Shown piece by piece: positions 43,748-55,399 of a stretch of DNA of 64,000 nucleotides (its first letter is position 1; each line of letters begins with the position of its first letter). The DNA is taken from positions 27,528,001 through 27,592,000 of the forward strand of contig OZ260667.1 of the NCBI GenBank assembly GCA_965285935.1. The letters run 5' to 3'. The translations under genes were made by a program, and so were the position numbers. The notes below the pieces were generated by a model. That model searched no databases and was not told where the DNA came from. It was given only the letters and a program-made list of their open reading frames with translations. Source of the stretch: Ophelia neglecta. Its lineage: Eukaryota.

Positions 43748-44030
43748 GGAGAACGATAGGGAAAAGCAGGAAGAACAGTAAGGAGAAATTGTGAGAACGG
43801 TTAGCGGAAAGATAGGGGGAACGGTTAGGAGAAAGGAAGGGAGAACGGTTAGGGGAAAGGTAGGGAGAACGGTAAGGAGAAAGGAGGGAGAAAGGTAAGG
43901 AGAAAGGAGGGAGGAAGGTAAGGAGAAAGGAGGGAGGAAGGTAAGGAGAACGATAAGAACAAAAAGGAAGGGAGAACGGTAAGCACAACGGTATAGGGAG
44001 AACGATAGGAAGTACGGAGTGGAGAAAGGT
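43748..44030. repeat. Purine-rich minisatellite, ~12-bp unit (GGAGAAmGGwAr)
   Basis: Repeated ggagaacggtaa / ggagaaaggagg / ggaggaaggtaa units. Confidence 0.9.
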
Positions 44031-44864
44031 TGACCTGATTACTCAATTGTGCACTGGGGGGAAGGTACGACATATTTACCATTTCGGAAGCACAAAGCGA
44101 GAGACTTCATGTATTCACAAAGCTGTTTGTCTGATTATAGAAAGCCTCCGGGTACAAGTATTATGACCACGGGAGTCGCTGTGGCTGCGTAAGGTCAAGT
44201 AACGGTGTACGCTCCTGTAGTCGATTACTCCTCACACTAAGTCAAACCGGCTGCAAATGGACAAATAATAGAAAACAGTGCCTGAAAACCCATCAAAGCA
44301 AATCCGAGAAGACAAGGAAAAGTGGAGGGCGAGCAGTGTAGGCTCGTTCACTGAAATTCGTTCAGGCATTCTGAGCTGAAAGAAATGACAACTATGCCAT
44401 TTGTTGCATTAGACTAAGGGTATTTGGACAGAAGCTCGAGCCTCGAGAGACCTGAATGCGTCTCAGTCAACTGTGTGACAGAGCTGAAGGGGGACAGCCG
44501 ACGTCGTTGTGTTAAAGGAGGGGGTAGGTGGCAGTGGGGGTTAAATTTTATTTTCTTAGGTATAATGTGACGGTGTTTTCATTCCTCTTGATGCTGAGTG
44601 ACGTTTTTGTCACCAAAATATTTGCTGAACTCTACAAACGATGATGATACAATGGTTTCTACTTGTATTTAGAACTATTGCATCTTGGTGGAAAGAGACC
44701 GGCTTTTAGGAAAAAAACAACTTTTGAACCCATTCCGCTAAGACGTGTTCAACAAATGATGTCTGACAATTTAAAGCCTGTAAGAATTCAACTGTGTGAA
44801 TTCACTTACGACACCCCGCTTTGACTATTTCTCTACTGTGCGATGTATATGCAGCCGTGCATAA

Positions 44865-45045
44865 ATGGCTGCAGAAACTGGTTACTTATCCAATATAAGA
44901 GATCATCATTAAATCGGTCCTGGTTGACCTCCATTACATCACATGGAATTGCCGAGTTGCCTTTAAGACTTCTTTGATGCTGAACAAGGCCCAGAATGGC
45001 GATACCACTGTGTACATCTCCGAGCTGCTGCAGAGGTTCGAACGT
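44865..45045 (+). mobile_element. L2 LINE ORF2 C-terminal remnant
   Basis: IKSVLVDLHYITWNCRVAFKTSLMLNKAQNGDTTVYISELL resembles the L2 consensus pattern ITPVLxxLHWLPxxxRIxFKxxxLxYKALNGxAPxYLSELL. Confidence 0.7.
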
Positions 45046-48000
45046 ATCCAAGTTCTGTGGTCTCAGCCTTTCATTATGGAATTCTCACTTAACTTTGCGG
45101 CATATTCATATAGTATAATTAAAGGCGTGATTTTCAATAGCAATAAAGTGTTCATGCGTTTATAGCGGCCTACAACAGATATACTATGTAGAAAGCATAC
45201 AGAAGGGAGTCAGACATTATGCTGTATGTTGTTCACATATCCCTCATGTGCACTGATTGTGCTCTTCATGAAACCCGATCCAACAACTGGATGTCTCTGA
45301 TTAGATAAGCTGACAGCCACAAATTAGTTAGTATTCAAACCAAGTCAATAATCCTGTTATAAATGAACTGTTCAGAATGTCAGCTTCCACCGCTTTTTGG
45401 AAGAGAGATTTTTTGCATTTATTCAGTTTAGGCTAATCTAGTGTGCAAATAATTAGGAGGCATTGATGGACAGTATGTTATATGAAAGGGGACAGTGAGG
45501 AGGCGGGGCCAGGATGTGTCGCTCATCGCTTATTGGACATTGCAATCAAGGGAATTAACCGCGTATCGCATCCAAATATACTCCTTGTCGTATGGCGGCC
45601 TTGACATTCATTGATTTTTAATGTTCATGAAGCAGATGAACATTGTAATCACTGGGTATTGAGGGCGAAGAAAGTTGCTACGGATAGTGAAAGCCTGAGA
45701 TATGTCTCGTCCATCTAGCCACAAGCAGATAGCAACGCCCCTGACGCACACCTTAGTCACCGATTATTTTCTGGAGATTAGTAATCAATCACCTATATAA
45801 AACGATATAACCTAGAAAATGCCATCAACTCCGAGTTGAAGGGATTACTCATTGAGTCAACGACAGGGAAGAATACATCACCTGATTTCCAAATGATGCA
45901 TGCAAAAAAAAGCAAGAAGACAAATATTTATCTGTCCTCATTTGCAAACGAGAACAATCCATCCTGGGATTCCCTGACATTCTGCTACCTCGCCTATATC
46001 TAGGTCATAAATCCATGGCAAAAACTAAGACCAGCAGTTCTGTGAGCTTAGCCCTTCTGTAAGCGAGATATATTACAATTGGCCGCAATTTGAGTCCATA
46101 CTTGTCTCGGGACGCACCATGTGGACAACAGCCCATATAATTTATTCATCACAGAGAGAAACTTGAGCGACGGCGGGGGTCCGTGTCACTTTAAGTATGA
46201 TTTATAATTGCCGGATTGGCTGACTAAGCCGGCTGCTGATCACGTACATACATGTAAGACTCTGTACAGATGTGTATGAATCAAATGTACATCGGGTTCA
46301 ATTAGCAAAATACATATGAGCGCGTTATCCTACCGAGCAAACTACATTTTGTCATGAAAATAAATTGCTCCATCCTATTAACAAAAGATAAAAAAAGAGA
46401 CCACGCTGGTGATATTAATGTTTACATATTCTCACGAAAAAAAATACCACGATAAACTAAGAGAGGATGTCTCAAATATTTGGAGCAGTACCAACTGATT
46501 GGAGTCATGTCACTGACCCTTACTGCATATAAGATTGAGACCCGCGCCCCACACATACTTCCGTTATGATGCTGAGGAACAACATATCCGGGTCATGTGA
46601 CCCACCGCGAGATGTTACGGCACTGATGACGCAGGACAGACGAAATGTCACTCAACCATGATTAATGAAGCGTGCAGCGCAAGCGCCCTGGCACTCCATC
46701 AACAGCTCTGCCAAAGGTCGCCAGTCCATCCGCTCGTAATATAACTCGGCTTCCGCACAGCGTTCATCTCTCTGTCAACAGCTATATAGACCTGGCCACT
46801 TACATGACTAAATTTCCTTCTCTACTAAAATTGCTCGAGAATCACGGTGCCCCTGGTATCATAGGTCTGTGGGCTTTTGGAGGAAGCCATAAATGGCAGC
46901 CTCCATTTCATATTACATAGCTGTGTAATTCTATGTAACCAACGCCGCCTCGTATTTCTAAAATGTGATCAACTCCTCATCAGTAACGTTCAATTCAGTT
47001 ACACACGTTTTTCTTTTATCTCCTCTAGGGGTACATTGATCCATAGGAACTTAGTCAAGTAACAGTTGCAATGAGTGTGTAGCAGAATACGAGTTATTCT
47101 CTGGTCAAGGTAAAAACCTGAGCCACATAAAAATTGCTAACATGTTTCCACTTTTGAACAAGTAACTTGAGGGCGTTAAGATGCAGAACTCGCTGTTGTT
47201 TTGCCCAATAACATGTTTCAGCGTGAAACCGGTATTTTTGTATAGCTTTAAGAGTGCATGATGTCAAATATTAACCAGCTTGATATCGTCAGTAGCCTTT
47301 ATAACCGATAACCTCAGTTAAGGGAATCGCACATTTTTAGCTACATAGTTTTTTTGTGTTTTTCGAATGGGACAATCTTGTAACTATAGTTTTCGGTAAA
47401 ATATTAAACAAGAGAGTGTCACCTAAATTGAATTTATTGTCGCAAATAGCAAAGTGAAGACCACGTCGGAGCTTTGAATTTGTAGACAAGGGAATATTGC
47501 CCGCTGCTAATTTGATAGTACAAAGGGCAAGTGTCTGCAGCTCGGCATATTTAATGTAATCTTCTCGATGCTGGTAGAGCTAATAAAGCGAATGACGGCT
47601 GGGATAGAGAAGCTCTTTCTCCATAGGAGGGTGTCTTCTAATGCTGGCTGCGATGAGCGCGGTAATCCACGGAACTGGGAGAACAATAAATCAGGAGCCT
47701 CCTGCTACCATCCACCACCTTGTCGACAGCCACATTACAAGGGCACAGTGGAATAGTGGCGAATCGTGCTGAATCCTCCCGAAACGATTCCATCTTATTT
47801 ATTAATCATCGGGATTAATCAACGAGATTCGTCGCTAGTCTACGTAATAATATAATCGAGCCAGCTTCATAAAGGAGCTGACAATATTCTATATGGCCCA
47901 TGATGTATATCTGTATTCGTCTCCTACTACAGCTCCCTCTTCGTTTGTTTCGATTGATTGGTGGTGAAAAAGACTCCCTTTTATGCCATAGGTCAATATT

Positions 48001-51000
48001 AATCAAAGATATCCTCAAGGTAGCTCCAGCGTCCGCAGACATTCTCTCCCTTTATTTTGGTTACGCAAGGGACATTCAACGGATAATGACTAAATGATTT
48101 GCCCAAAAGAACAACCAGAAGCTCTCGTGGGTAGCTCTTAAAGCTGGTTTGATCATTGAGACTTAAAAGCCGAAATCAAAATAATCATATATCAAAAGGC
48201 AATATCATGTCAACAACGGGAACTACAGACACATGTGGGAGCTCGGTCTTTGATGTGTTAGTAATTCAAGCACACTAAGGAAATTGGCAGCCAACTTCGC
48301 CTACATGGATGTTATCTTGACGGTAATTTGCTATTTCCCTGTTTAATATCTCTCGGCTTCACCTCGCTTGAAGTCTATTTACTGGCGGTGTGTATATCCA
48401 CCAGGACCTGTGATGTGGCCGTAAATCTTCCAGGGAATGTGAGATTTGGACTTCTGACGTTTAGCCCATTCTGGGTACGGCATATTCGGGGTTCATCTCT
48501 GACGGATAAGAGCTATAGCTACTTGTTATTCCCATGGCTGGCGGCCTATCTGAGCCGACGACGGGGGTATCAATAGAGGAGCCAATTCCGGTCAATAATG
48601 GGACAACTTCTTCTGCACATTTCGTCATAGAAGACCACAAAAACGGGGTATTTCAATTACCATTCTCTAATGCAGTCGATTGGTGTAAAATGAGAAGCTT
48701 TACAAGGCGTCCATGTCTGTTTAGAGAGTGGCGTGGTAGTGAGAATGATCACTATCTCGATGGTGTAAATTATGTAAAGACATCAGGACATGTAATCTAG
48801 AATCACCTTGAAAGTAACAGAAAAACTCATCCGATGATTTACCAACACGGAGGAAGCGAAGGGCATCGCCAGCGGACTCGCATAACTCAGTGTAAATAGC
48901 AGCTGAACACAGCTTTAAATAAATTGCTGTAAAGTAGAAAAAACATGCCAATGGATCTCCAAGTTCAACTTTCCAATCTCAACTATGGAATAAAGAAAAG
49001 ATAGCATCTTTACATCGGCCTTTGGTGCCAAGGCAGAACTTGAACATCAGGCAGCGATATCAATTGACATTTCGAAAAGCAACAGGTATGTTAGACCAAG
49101 AAATCTATAGAACGAAAAAAAGAGCGTTGAGGCATTCGGAGCCCGAGAGCTGGTACAGTTGAGGAGATAAGCCTCTATTACTTGGCCGTTCATCATGTGG
49201 CTGCTGACAAGGAAACAGATTTCCAAGGTGATTACAGAAAACCGAACGCCGGAAACGCGCAAGGTGGTAGTCGTTCCAGTTATTCAGTGACACAAACAGA
49301 CTACAGATTGCCGTTTCCAAACATTTGACATAGACGGTATTTGAGGCGGAAAAGGTGCTGCCAATGTGATTAAACCTTGGTTTGCGCTCCTGTGATTAAA
49401 TCACCTCACTTTCCCCTCTTTGCTTGAGATCTACTAAAACTTCACTTCGACCCATCACAAAGCTGTAAGAGGAGATATGGCAATAACCTCTCCGACAATA
49501 CAAACCGTAATTGCTTGCACTCGTCTAAGGTCCAATGTTTACACAAAACCTCAGCAATAGTATTTCAAACCAAATACAACAATCAGTCTGTGAGATGGTT
49601 CTTCTGTTTGACTTGGGAATGCTAGTGCCATTGATTCAGACGTGAGCTGCACACACAATACTAATTAAGTCACTGGATCCCCACAACTGAAGCACTGTCC
49701 TCACACCAGTGTGGGCTATTATAAAGAGGTGTCGGTAAATGAAATAAAACAGCTGGTTGGCGATGAAAAGCTGCTATAGAACTGTCCAGGAAATAACTTA
49801 TCAACCGAAAATATCAATAAGGCCCTGCCTACTATGTGTTAAAGCCGAACACGATGTGAGATAATAAAAAAAATCAATCAGGTTTTCCTATACTCATTTC
49901 AGCATTCGAAACATTTCATGTGCGAGGAAAATGGTAAACATGTGGTGCTTAACTGGACAGGAGGTATACCAGCCGCACCGCATCCCGGAGACCAGACGCG
50001 TCAGGCATACAAAACATATAGTAAACTAATTACAACTACACGAACGTGTTGGCCTCAGCTGGGTGATTGACGAGGCAACATGTGAGCAAAGTACCGGAGA
50101 ACGTACTTAGAGTTCGAGATAGGGAGAGGAATTGTCTGGACTTGATGAATGTCACTGATATGCCTTTACTATATATTTCTCTGGGTATGCTCGATATATC
50201 TGGGCCGTCGATCATCAACTGGCTGAGAATGTTTGTCCACTCTGCAAAGTTGACTAGAGGGTGAGACACGGGTGGGTGCTAATGTATTTTCTCGCCATAT
50301 TAATCTACGAATACACATTTTCGCAAGTTCCGGGCCGGCAGCGTTGACTTGCAAATTTGGCAGGCTTACCTGTAAACTCGATGTATGTGTGGTAATGTTG
50401 TTTGATGCACAGGGTCATGTATCAAATATCTGTTCTGTTTACTTTCTTCCTCCTTCGCTTGATTGTTATTTTCGGGAGAAAATATATTATATCGTCCAAG
50501 GACCAATTGAACGCAGATGAGGCCAGTTCAGGTTTCCCCGTTACTATCGTTACCAGACAAACGAATGATAATATCATTTCTTTTCAGCTTTTTAGCCGTG
50601 TTAAAGGAAATTGAAATAGAAGTATGTTTACTGATTTGTGTGCAAAAAAACAAATACTCGTTTTATTTCATCATAGATGTGATTGAAAGCTTTAGAGAAG
50701 ATTGAGCCGCCATCAAAGAAATTGCTTCATATTAAGTTTGCCAATCATTTCACATAGAACACAGTGTGGCGTTTTAGAATCTGATACAAAAGATATCGGC
50801 TAACATTAAACTAACTAAAGTGGACATCTAAAAATAAAGTTTATGAGCCACAATACGTGAACGATGCTTTCCACAGCTTGCCCTACCAGTGTGCGTGGAA
50901 TAGGCCTAATACATGTACCTGCGCGGAAAAATACCGTTCAAGAAATAACATGATATTATTCTAAAATTAATAGATATACAGGCCTACTAGTATTAGACAA

Positions 51001-53169
51001 GTCCACTTCATTTTAATCTTTTGATATCAGAACCGAGAAACTAATCACTCACAGTGTACGAGATATGGCAGCTCAGAATTCAGCAACTTTTGATTATATA
51101 TTAAGAGAAGTATCTGATGGCAATGGAGAAAATGATAGAAGTAACTTTGATCCCTTAAATTGCAAGCCAATATAATTTTCTCGGCCTAATCACTTGGATC
51201 AATGCAATGTGCATGCACCTGTAGGGGTGACTCGGGTAATTTTGCTCATTTTCAAGCACTTCAGCAAAACTGCGACATCTCCCTTTCCGAGATCGATAAA
51301 TGGGTATTCAAAGTCACAATATGTGTACTGTCATTTCTGTTATGGAATATTATTTTTATGACTGCATACAAAAGATAATTTTAAAGCAGCGTAGCTAATT
51401 TTGGAAGCACCCAATTTTTTTGATTTGCGCACATGTTTATTATTTTGCTCCTTGCTGTAGTCAAACTTTGCGCAAAAAAAACAGCCAGCAAATTAAAACA
51501 TGGCGAGCAAATTTCGACCATATTGACACATTTTAGAGATGCTCTTTTTTAAAAGATTTAGTTGTTTTATAAAGGTCAAATTGTTAACAGTGCAATTTTA
51601 GACCTGGAATTTTTATACTGACTTGATCTGGGTTGGATACGGACGTCAAAAGATATGATTTTTGCAAAAAGAAATTCAGACTTATATTTAACTCCAAAAA
51701 ATGGAGCAAACTTAAACACAATTTTCATAATTCCATATGAAAGTCAAGAATAATATTATAGACTAAACATTGGTCCTAAATAAACTAGTTTACAACACTA
51801 AATAGTGTCAGTGTTTTCGCGACCTTAAAATATGAAGCTTGGGTACAAATTAAGACAAAAAACTGTTATGAGCAAAATTGCCCCAACTTTAGCAAATTTA
51901 GACTGAGCAAAAATTGACAAATTTAAATTTGGGAAAAGCAATGAATAACTTCTAAATCCATAAAAGATAAGAGGCATGCAATGCAAAAACTGAAAATTAA
52001 AGTAAAAAGGCATAAAAAACTGCGTTATTCGTGGTAAACCAATCCTTTTTTTAACCAAAAAAAAGTGAAACAAAATTGGCCAATTTAGCAAATTTAGACT
52101 ACCCGATAATACATGTGTCTTAATGGGGACTTGTTACGGTAAAATGTGAAATTTCAAATAGACTTCAAGCAATAATACTTGGCTAGAAAACTTGAAAAAT
52201 GATTGGATCGCGTCTCTAGGGATATCATTTAAATGTTTAAGTCCGATTAAGGTCTTCAAATAAACGTCACTGAAGGTTAAATATATAAAACAGCATGCAT
52301 GAAAATGGCCAATGAGCAAAATTTCCCACAAGTCTCATAATGTGTTTATAATGGGCCAGAATATAAACTTACTAGCCCCATATTTGTATCTAAAAGTTGT
52401 CCAAAACTGTGGAGCTACTAAATAACAATAATTTACATTTGTGGGTTAAAAATTCATACTAAGGTGCAGAGTTTCAATCAACAAAACGCTTCCAAAAGTA
52501 AAGCAAAATGTTGGGCCAGAGCAAAATTTATCACTTTTGTTGTAATGTTGAAGCTATGTACAATGACCAAATTTTTTAGTTTTTCACGGGCACACAAAAT
52601 ACATAAGCTTTTGGTTGAACACACTTTATAAATGTGGTATATGTACAAACTATTAAAAAAAGTGTCTGGAAACGTTGACACCTAAAGGGTTAGAGTTTTC
52701 ATACATCCACCAGGTCCCACACGAATTTTTTAACCTGCGGCGGATTTGTACGATCTCGGAAAAAATATTAGGAATCGCTGGTGCTGCGCCACATAGGCCT
52801 ATTTGGCGGGGGCCGTACAGTGCCTTGAGTGTCTTAGATTTCAATCATGAGCCGCCCCATGAAAACCGCAAGACAACCCCACGCGAGACAAGAATACCGT
52901 CGCGGCACGGCGCCCTTGCAGCGCCAGTGGTGCAATCGATCATGAGACACCTAACGTTAGGCCTATAAGCCGCAAGGGTATTAGCTCAGGATATTTTTTT
53001 TTTTGTTTTTGACGGTAGGCCCTAGGCTTAAGTCTGCGGAAGCAGCACGGCGGCCTTGCGGCGCCCGTACTGCGCTCATACGATATGTGCGGTACAGAAT
53101 AGGCAGATCAAAACGAGTTCTGTATAAATACCCACAATGTAGGGAAGAACAAACATTACGTATGCGATA

Positions 53170-53397
53170 CTGTAAATCGCTCTAATTTGGCAGCAGGAAA
53201 ATTTGGCGTTTTCAGATTTTGTCCTAATTTGGCGCATTAAATTTTGGCAGATCTGACTTGCTTTTGAATAAAAACGTGTACAGAATACAATAAAGATACT
53301 GGATTTATATATTTTAGCGCAGGAAATTTTCGCGGATTTTATGCCACTCGCGAAAATCGCCAACTTTTCCTGCTCGCGAACATTCCCTGGGTTACAG
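53170..53397. mobile_element. Nested 228-bp TA-flanked MITE (CTGTAA...TTACAG termini)
   Basis: TA-CTGTAAATC ... GGGTTACAG-TA, with internal AATTTGGCG/TTTTCGCG/CGCGAAAA repeats typical of this MITE type. Confidence 0.75.
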
Positions 53398-53486
53398 TAT
53401 ATAAGCCTATAACACGGCTTGGTATATATCGGCCCGTCTATGAGCCGGAGGGTTCATGTATCGGCCCCGAGGGGAGATTTTTTTTA

Positions 53487-53949
53487 TTTAAAATCATTCA
53501 CTTGAACTTTGTGAGCTGGCACAAGTTGTCAATGACAAATACATTTATAATGTGGTCAAACAGGCTAGATTTGCACAGGCGTGGGTTGCTTTGCTCATTG
53601 TCTGTTGTTTGTTTTGCTAATGTTGCACGCCAAGGAATTCAGCAATAATAGGGGTGAATTATTTTGCTCGAGGGTGTCTTTTTTTGCTCGTTTTCTGTAG
53701 TTTGTTTTGCTCATTTTTCAAACTATGTTATGGCATTTATAAATAATTATACATAGGTCTAGTGTAAATTTTATGATAGCACTTGTATGGTTTAATAATT
53801 AAAAGTGATCTACACGTAATAGGCATTTCTATATGATCAGGGACAACTCCCCGGGGACAACTCCTCTTAGTACTATAGGTTAAATGGCCAATATCAGAAT
53901 TCCAATTTTGTGAGTTGTGATTGTGTCACTAGTATTTTTGTAAACTCAT
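53487..53949 (+). repeat. Direct duplication, copy 1 (~460 bp)
   Basis: Aligns by eye at high identity to 54961-55399 (aaaatcattcac...gtaaactcat). Confidence 0.95.
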
Positions 53950-54960
53950 TATATTAAACAGTACATGCATATAAAACAATGCATAGATAGAAATAAATGC
54001 TTACTCTCAACCAAAAGAGTAACAACAGGTGTCAGCACTGAGGGTCGCTGAGACTGTTTGTTTTTCCATTTAGTCTAACGTACGTTAGTCACGATCATTT
54101 GTTATTCAACCGCGAGCTTGTCGAGCTTTCTAACAGAACCATGTATCGGCCCTCTCCATATATGGTCATAGACTTTACGTCATAAACCATATAGACTATA
54201 TGCCGCATTTCTATATATATATGCCCTCCTTTTTCATATATCGGCCCTCTCGTCTGGTGTATATAGCCCTCTGTGACGATAAATCGCACGGTCCGAAAAG
54301 CGTGTATCCGGGCAGCTTTTATGTATATCAGGTTATATACATTATTTGTACAATTTGTTCTAAAATTGTGAGCAGGTTAACCTCAAGGACAGAGAGAGCG
54401 GATCGCTTTGTTATTTTCAGGCGGCCGACATTAAACACTACGAATTTGGAGATAAGAGGAGAGCTAACGCTGAACCCGCAACAAGTCAACCGCAGCCTCA
54501 GGTATGTCCTCAACTATTGAGGCTGGAAATACCAGACAGACTAAAATGACTAAAATTGAATTTAGGCCTATTACTGCGAGGAACCCCTACTATTTCAAAA
54601 CATGGTACGAGACGCCGTACGATTTTAGGGTTGCAAAATTATATCGCAATGTCGCACTGCCTCCTAGGACGTCCGTACAGGACCCGGACGGTACCGGGTG
54701 TCATTCCAGTGAGGGGTAGGGCGGGCTGCGGGGCCAAACATGTGAACGATGTGTGGTGTGGAGTGGGCTGCGAGCCAAATATTTGAATTTTGGGGTCTTC
54801 CCTATAAAATTCCCGTCCCTATATAGCTAGCCCATAGAGTCTGCGGGACAGGGTGGTCTGCAGGCCAGCTAGTGCAGTGGGCAGCAGCAGGTCAGCACTT
54901 GCCAATGCGATGCGGGTGCCGACTCAAATGTCCAGCCTGAGCTCCTCTCTAATGGGAACA

Positions 54961-55399
54961 TTTAAAAATCATTCACCTGAACTTTGTGAGCTGGCACAAG
55001 TTGTCAATGACAAATACATTTATAATGTGGTCAAACAGGCTAGATTTGCACATGCGTGGCTTGTTTTGCTCATTGTCTGTTGTTTGTTTTGCTAATGTTG
55101 CACGCCAAGGAATTCAGCAATAATAGGGGTGAATTATTTTGCTCGAGGGTGTCTTTTTTTGCTCTTTCCTGTAGTTTGCTTTGCTCATTTTACAATCTAT
55201 GTTATGGCATTTATAAATAATTATACATAGGTCTAGTGTAAATTTTATGATAGCACTTGTATGGTTTAATAATTGAAAGAGATCTACACGTAATAGGCAT
55301 TTCTATATGATCAGGGACAACTCCTCTTAAGTTAAATGGCCAATCAGAATTCCAATTTTGTGAGTTGTGATTGTGTCACTAGTATTTCTGTAAACTCAT
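54961..55399 (+). repeat. Direct duplication, copy 2 (~440 bp)
   Basis: Partner of 53487-53949. A short partial third copy (atttctatatgatcagggacaactc) lies near 55488-55515. Confidence 0.95.

Noticed and set aside
43704-44082. Pro/Ser/Leu-rich ORFs
   Set aside because: Translation of the 12-bp purine-rich minisatellite.
46622-46655. CTGATGA...GAAA hammerhead-like core
   Set aside because: Stem II cannot close (C opposite C) and no stem I or III pairing was found.
53487-55399. LTR/TRIM retroelement
   Set aside because: The direct repeats lack TG..CA ends, PBS, PPT and TSD.
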